From the NCBI GenBank assembly GCA_035280085.1, contig DATEGM010000204.1:1-34280 (forward strand): 34,280 bases of DNA, read 5' to 3'. Position numbers and translations under genes: made by a program. This DNA comes from Terriglobales bacterium (GTDB lineage: Bacteria > Acidobacteriota > Terriglobia > Terriglobales > Acidobacteriaceae). Position 1 is the first letter of the stretch. The number at the start of each line of letters is the position of its first letter. The notes beneath the pieces were generated by a model, which had not been told where the DNA came from, searched no databases, and saw only the letters and a list, made by a program, of their open reading frames with translations. Below, one piece after another: positions 33,592 through 34,280 of this stretch.

Positions 33592-34280
33592 ATGAACCTG
33601 TCTACCGTTACTCCTAAGCCGGCAAAGGTCATCCACGACGCGGGTTCCCCTCCAGCCACCCGTCAGAGTGCATCCCTGCCTAACCCTGCCCTCGTCAAGC
33701 TGGCCTGGGCGGCTGTGGGTCTCGGCTGCCTGTTGCGTCTGCTCGAGTACCTGTTGAACCGCTCGCTGTGGCTAGATGAAGCCTACCTGGCGCTGAACAT
33801 CCTGCATCGCCCCTGGGCAGGGCTGCTCCGGCCGCTCGACAATCACCAGGGCGCGCCCATCATCTTTCTGCTGCTGGAAAAATCGGCCTCTCTGTACCTC
33901 GGCTCGAGCGAATATGCCCTGCGGCTGCTGCCACTCGTGGCCGGCATCATCTCCATGTTGCTGTTCTACAAGCTTGCCGGCAAAGCCATCAGCGGCGTCG
34001 CCACACCCATCGCGCTCGGCCTTTTCGCCATCTCCCCGTCGCTGATTTACTACTCCTCGGAACTCAAGCAATACTCGTGTGACGTAGCGGTTGCAATTTT
34101 GCTTTATTTCCTGGCTATCGAGGGCAGCGATGGCAGCTGGAAACCGTTAAAGGTGGTGACATTTGGCTTAGCGGGCGCAATCGCCATATGGGTATCCCAT
34201 CCTGCCACCTTCGTGCTGGCCGGTATCGGCGCGACCCTCTGCATAGCGCTGATCGCGCAGAAAGACTGGGCCAGGCTGCT
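33592..34280 (+). CDS. GT-C fold membrane glycosyltransferase, PMT_2/ArnT-like (GT39/GT83-type); N-terminal part only, runs off the right edge
   Basis: Not in the ORF track (no stop in window). Stop-free translation from ATG 33592: MNLSTVTPKPAKVIHDAGS...LVKLAWAAVGLGCLLRLLEYLLNRSLWLDEAYLALNIL...GAPIIFLLLEKSASLYLGSSEYALRLLPLVAGIISMLLFYKLAGK...LGLFAISPSLIYYSSELKQYSCDVAVAILLYF. It has the SLWxDEAY first-loop DE motif and the following helix pattern typical of ArnT/PMT-like enzymes. Confidence 0.7.
   Translation, partial: MNLSTVTPKPAKVIHDAGSPPATRQSASLPNPALVKLAWAAVGLGCLLRLLEYLLNRSLWLDEAYLALNILHRPWAGLLRPLDNHQGAPIIFLLLEKSASLYLGSSEYALRLLPLVAGIISMLLFYKLAGKAISGVATPIALGLFAISPSLIYYSSELKQYSCDVAVAILLYFLAIEGSDGSWKPLKVVTFGLAGAIAIWVSHPATFVLAGIGATLCIALIAQKDWARL

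Noticed and set aside
1-34280. Mobile elements, CRISPR arrays, tRNA/rRNA genes, toxin-antitoxin or phage-defence modules
   Set aside because: No transposase, integrase or recombinase motifs were seen. There are no regularly spaced short repeats and no cloverleaf-like or rRNA-like segments in the short intergenic regions. The only repeats found are intragenic (606-bp duplication, Gly tract) or the 11-nt direct repeat at 9343/9365.

Overview
GC-rich bacterial window occupied almost entirely by one large Wzx/Wzy-dependent polysaccharide (EPS, capsule or O-antigen type) biosynthesis locus. No rRNA, tRNA, CRISPR, transposase or integrase was seen. The protein styles suggest Acidobacteriota, but that is a low-confidence guess. 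The left ~9.3 kb is a strand-switching mosaic. It holds a CapK/PaaK-like adenylating enzyme (partial, missing from the ORF track), a CapA-family metallophosphatase-like protein, a GT2, an MBOAT plus SGNH-like O-acylation pair, and a minus-strand unit of LuxR-type response regulator followed by two GT4s. From 9586 to the right edge, 17 genes run co-directionally with short gaps. In order they are: stand-alone PilZ, Wzc-like co-polymerase/BY-kinase, PglF/CapD-like dehydratase, ArnB/PglE-like aminotransferase, PglC-like phosphoglycosyltransferase, Wzy/O-antigen-ligase-like protein, GT4, a fused Gfo/Idh/MocA-SDR oxidoreductase, Wzx flippase, two more GTs, rfbF, a PIG-L deacetylase, an SDR, two large paralogous secreted beta-propeller proteins, and a GT-C (PMT/ArnT-like) membrane glycosyltransferase (partial). 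The most unusual material is the distal pair of beta-propeller proteins. One carries an Ig-like module interrupted by a two-helix hydrophobic hairpin, a lipobox-like LVAC and a (Gly)12 tract. The other carries a 606-bp module duplicated around an IPT/TIG domain. Other points of interest are the PilZ and aspartate-less response regulator control node, a PglF/E/C-like triad without an N-acetyltransferase, the oxidoreductase fusion, and a CDP-hexose branch lacking a recognisable rfbG. All functional calls rest on motif recognition by eye and need profile or structure searches to confirm.
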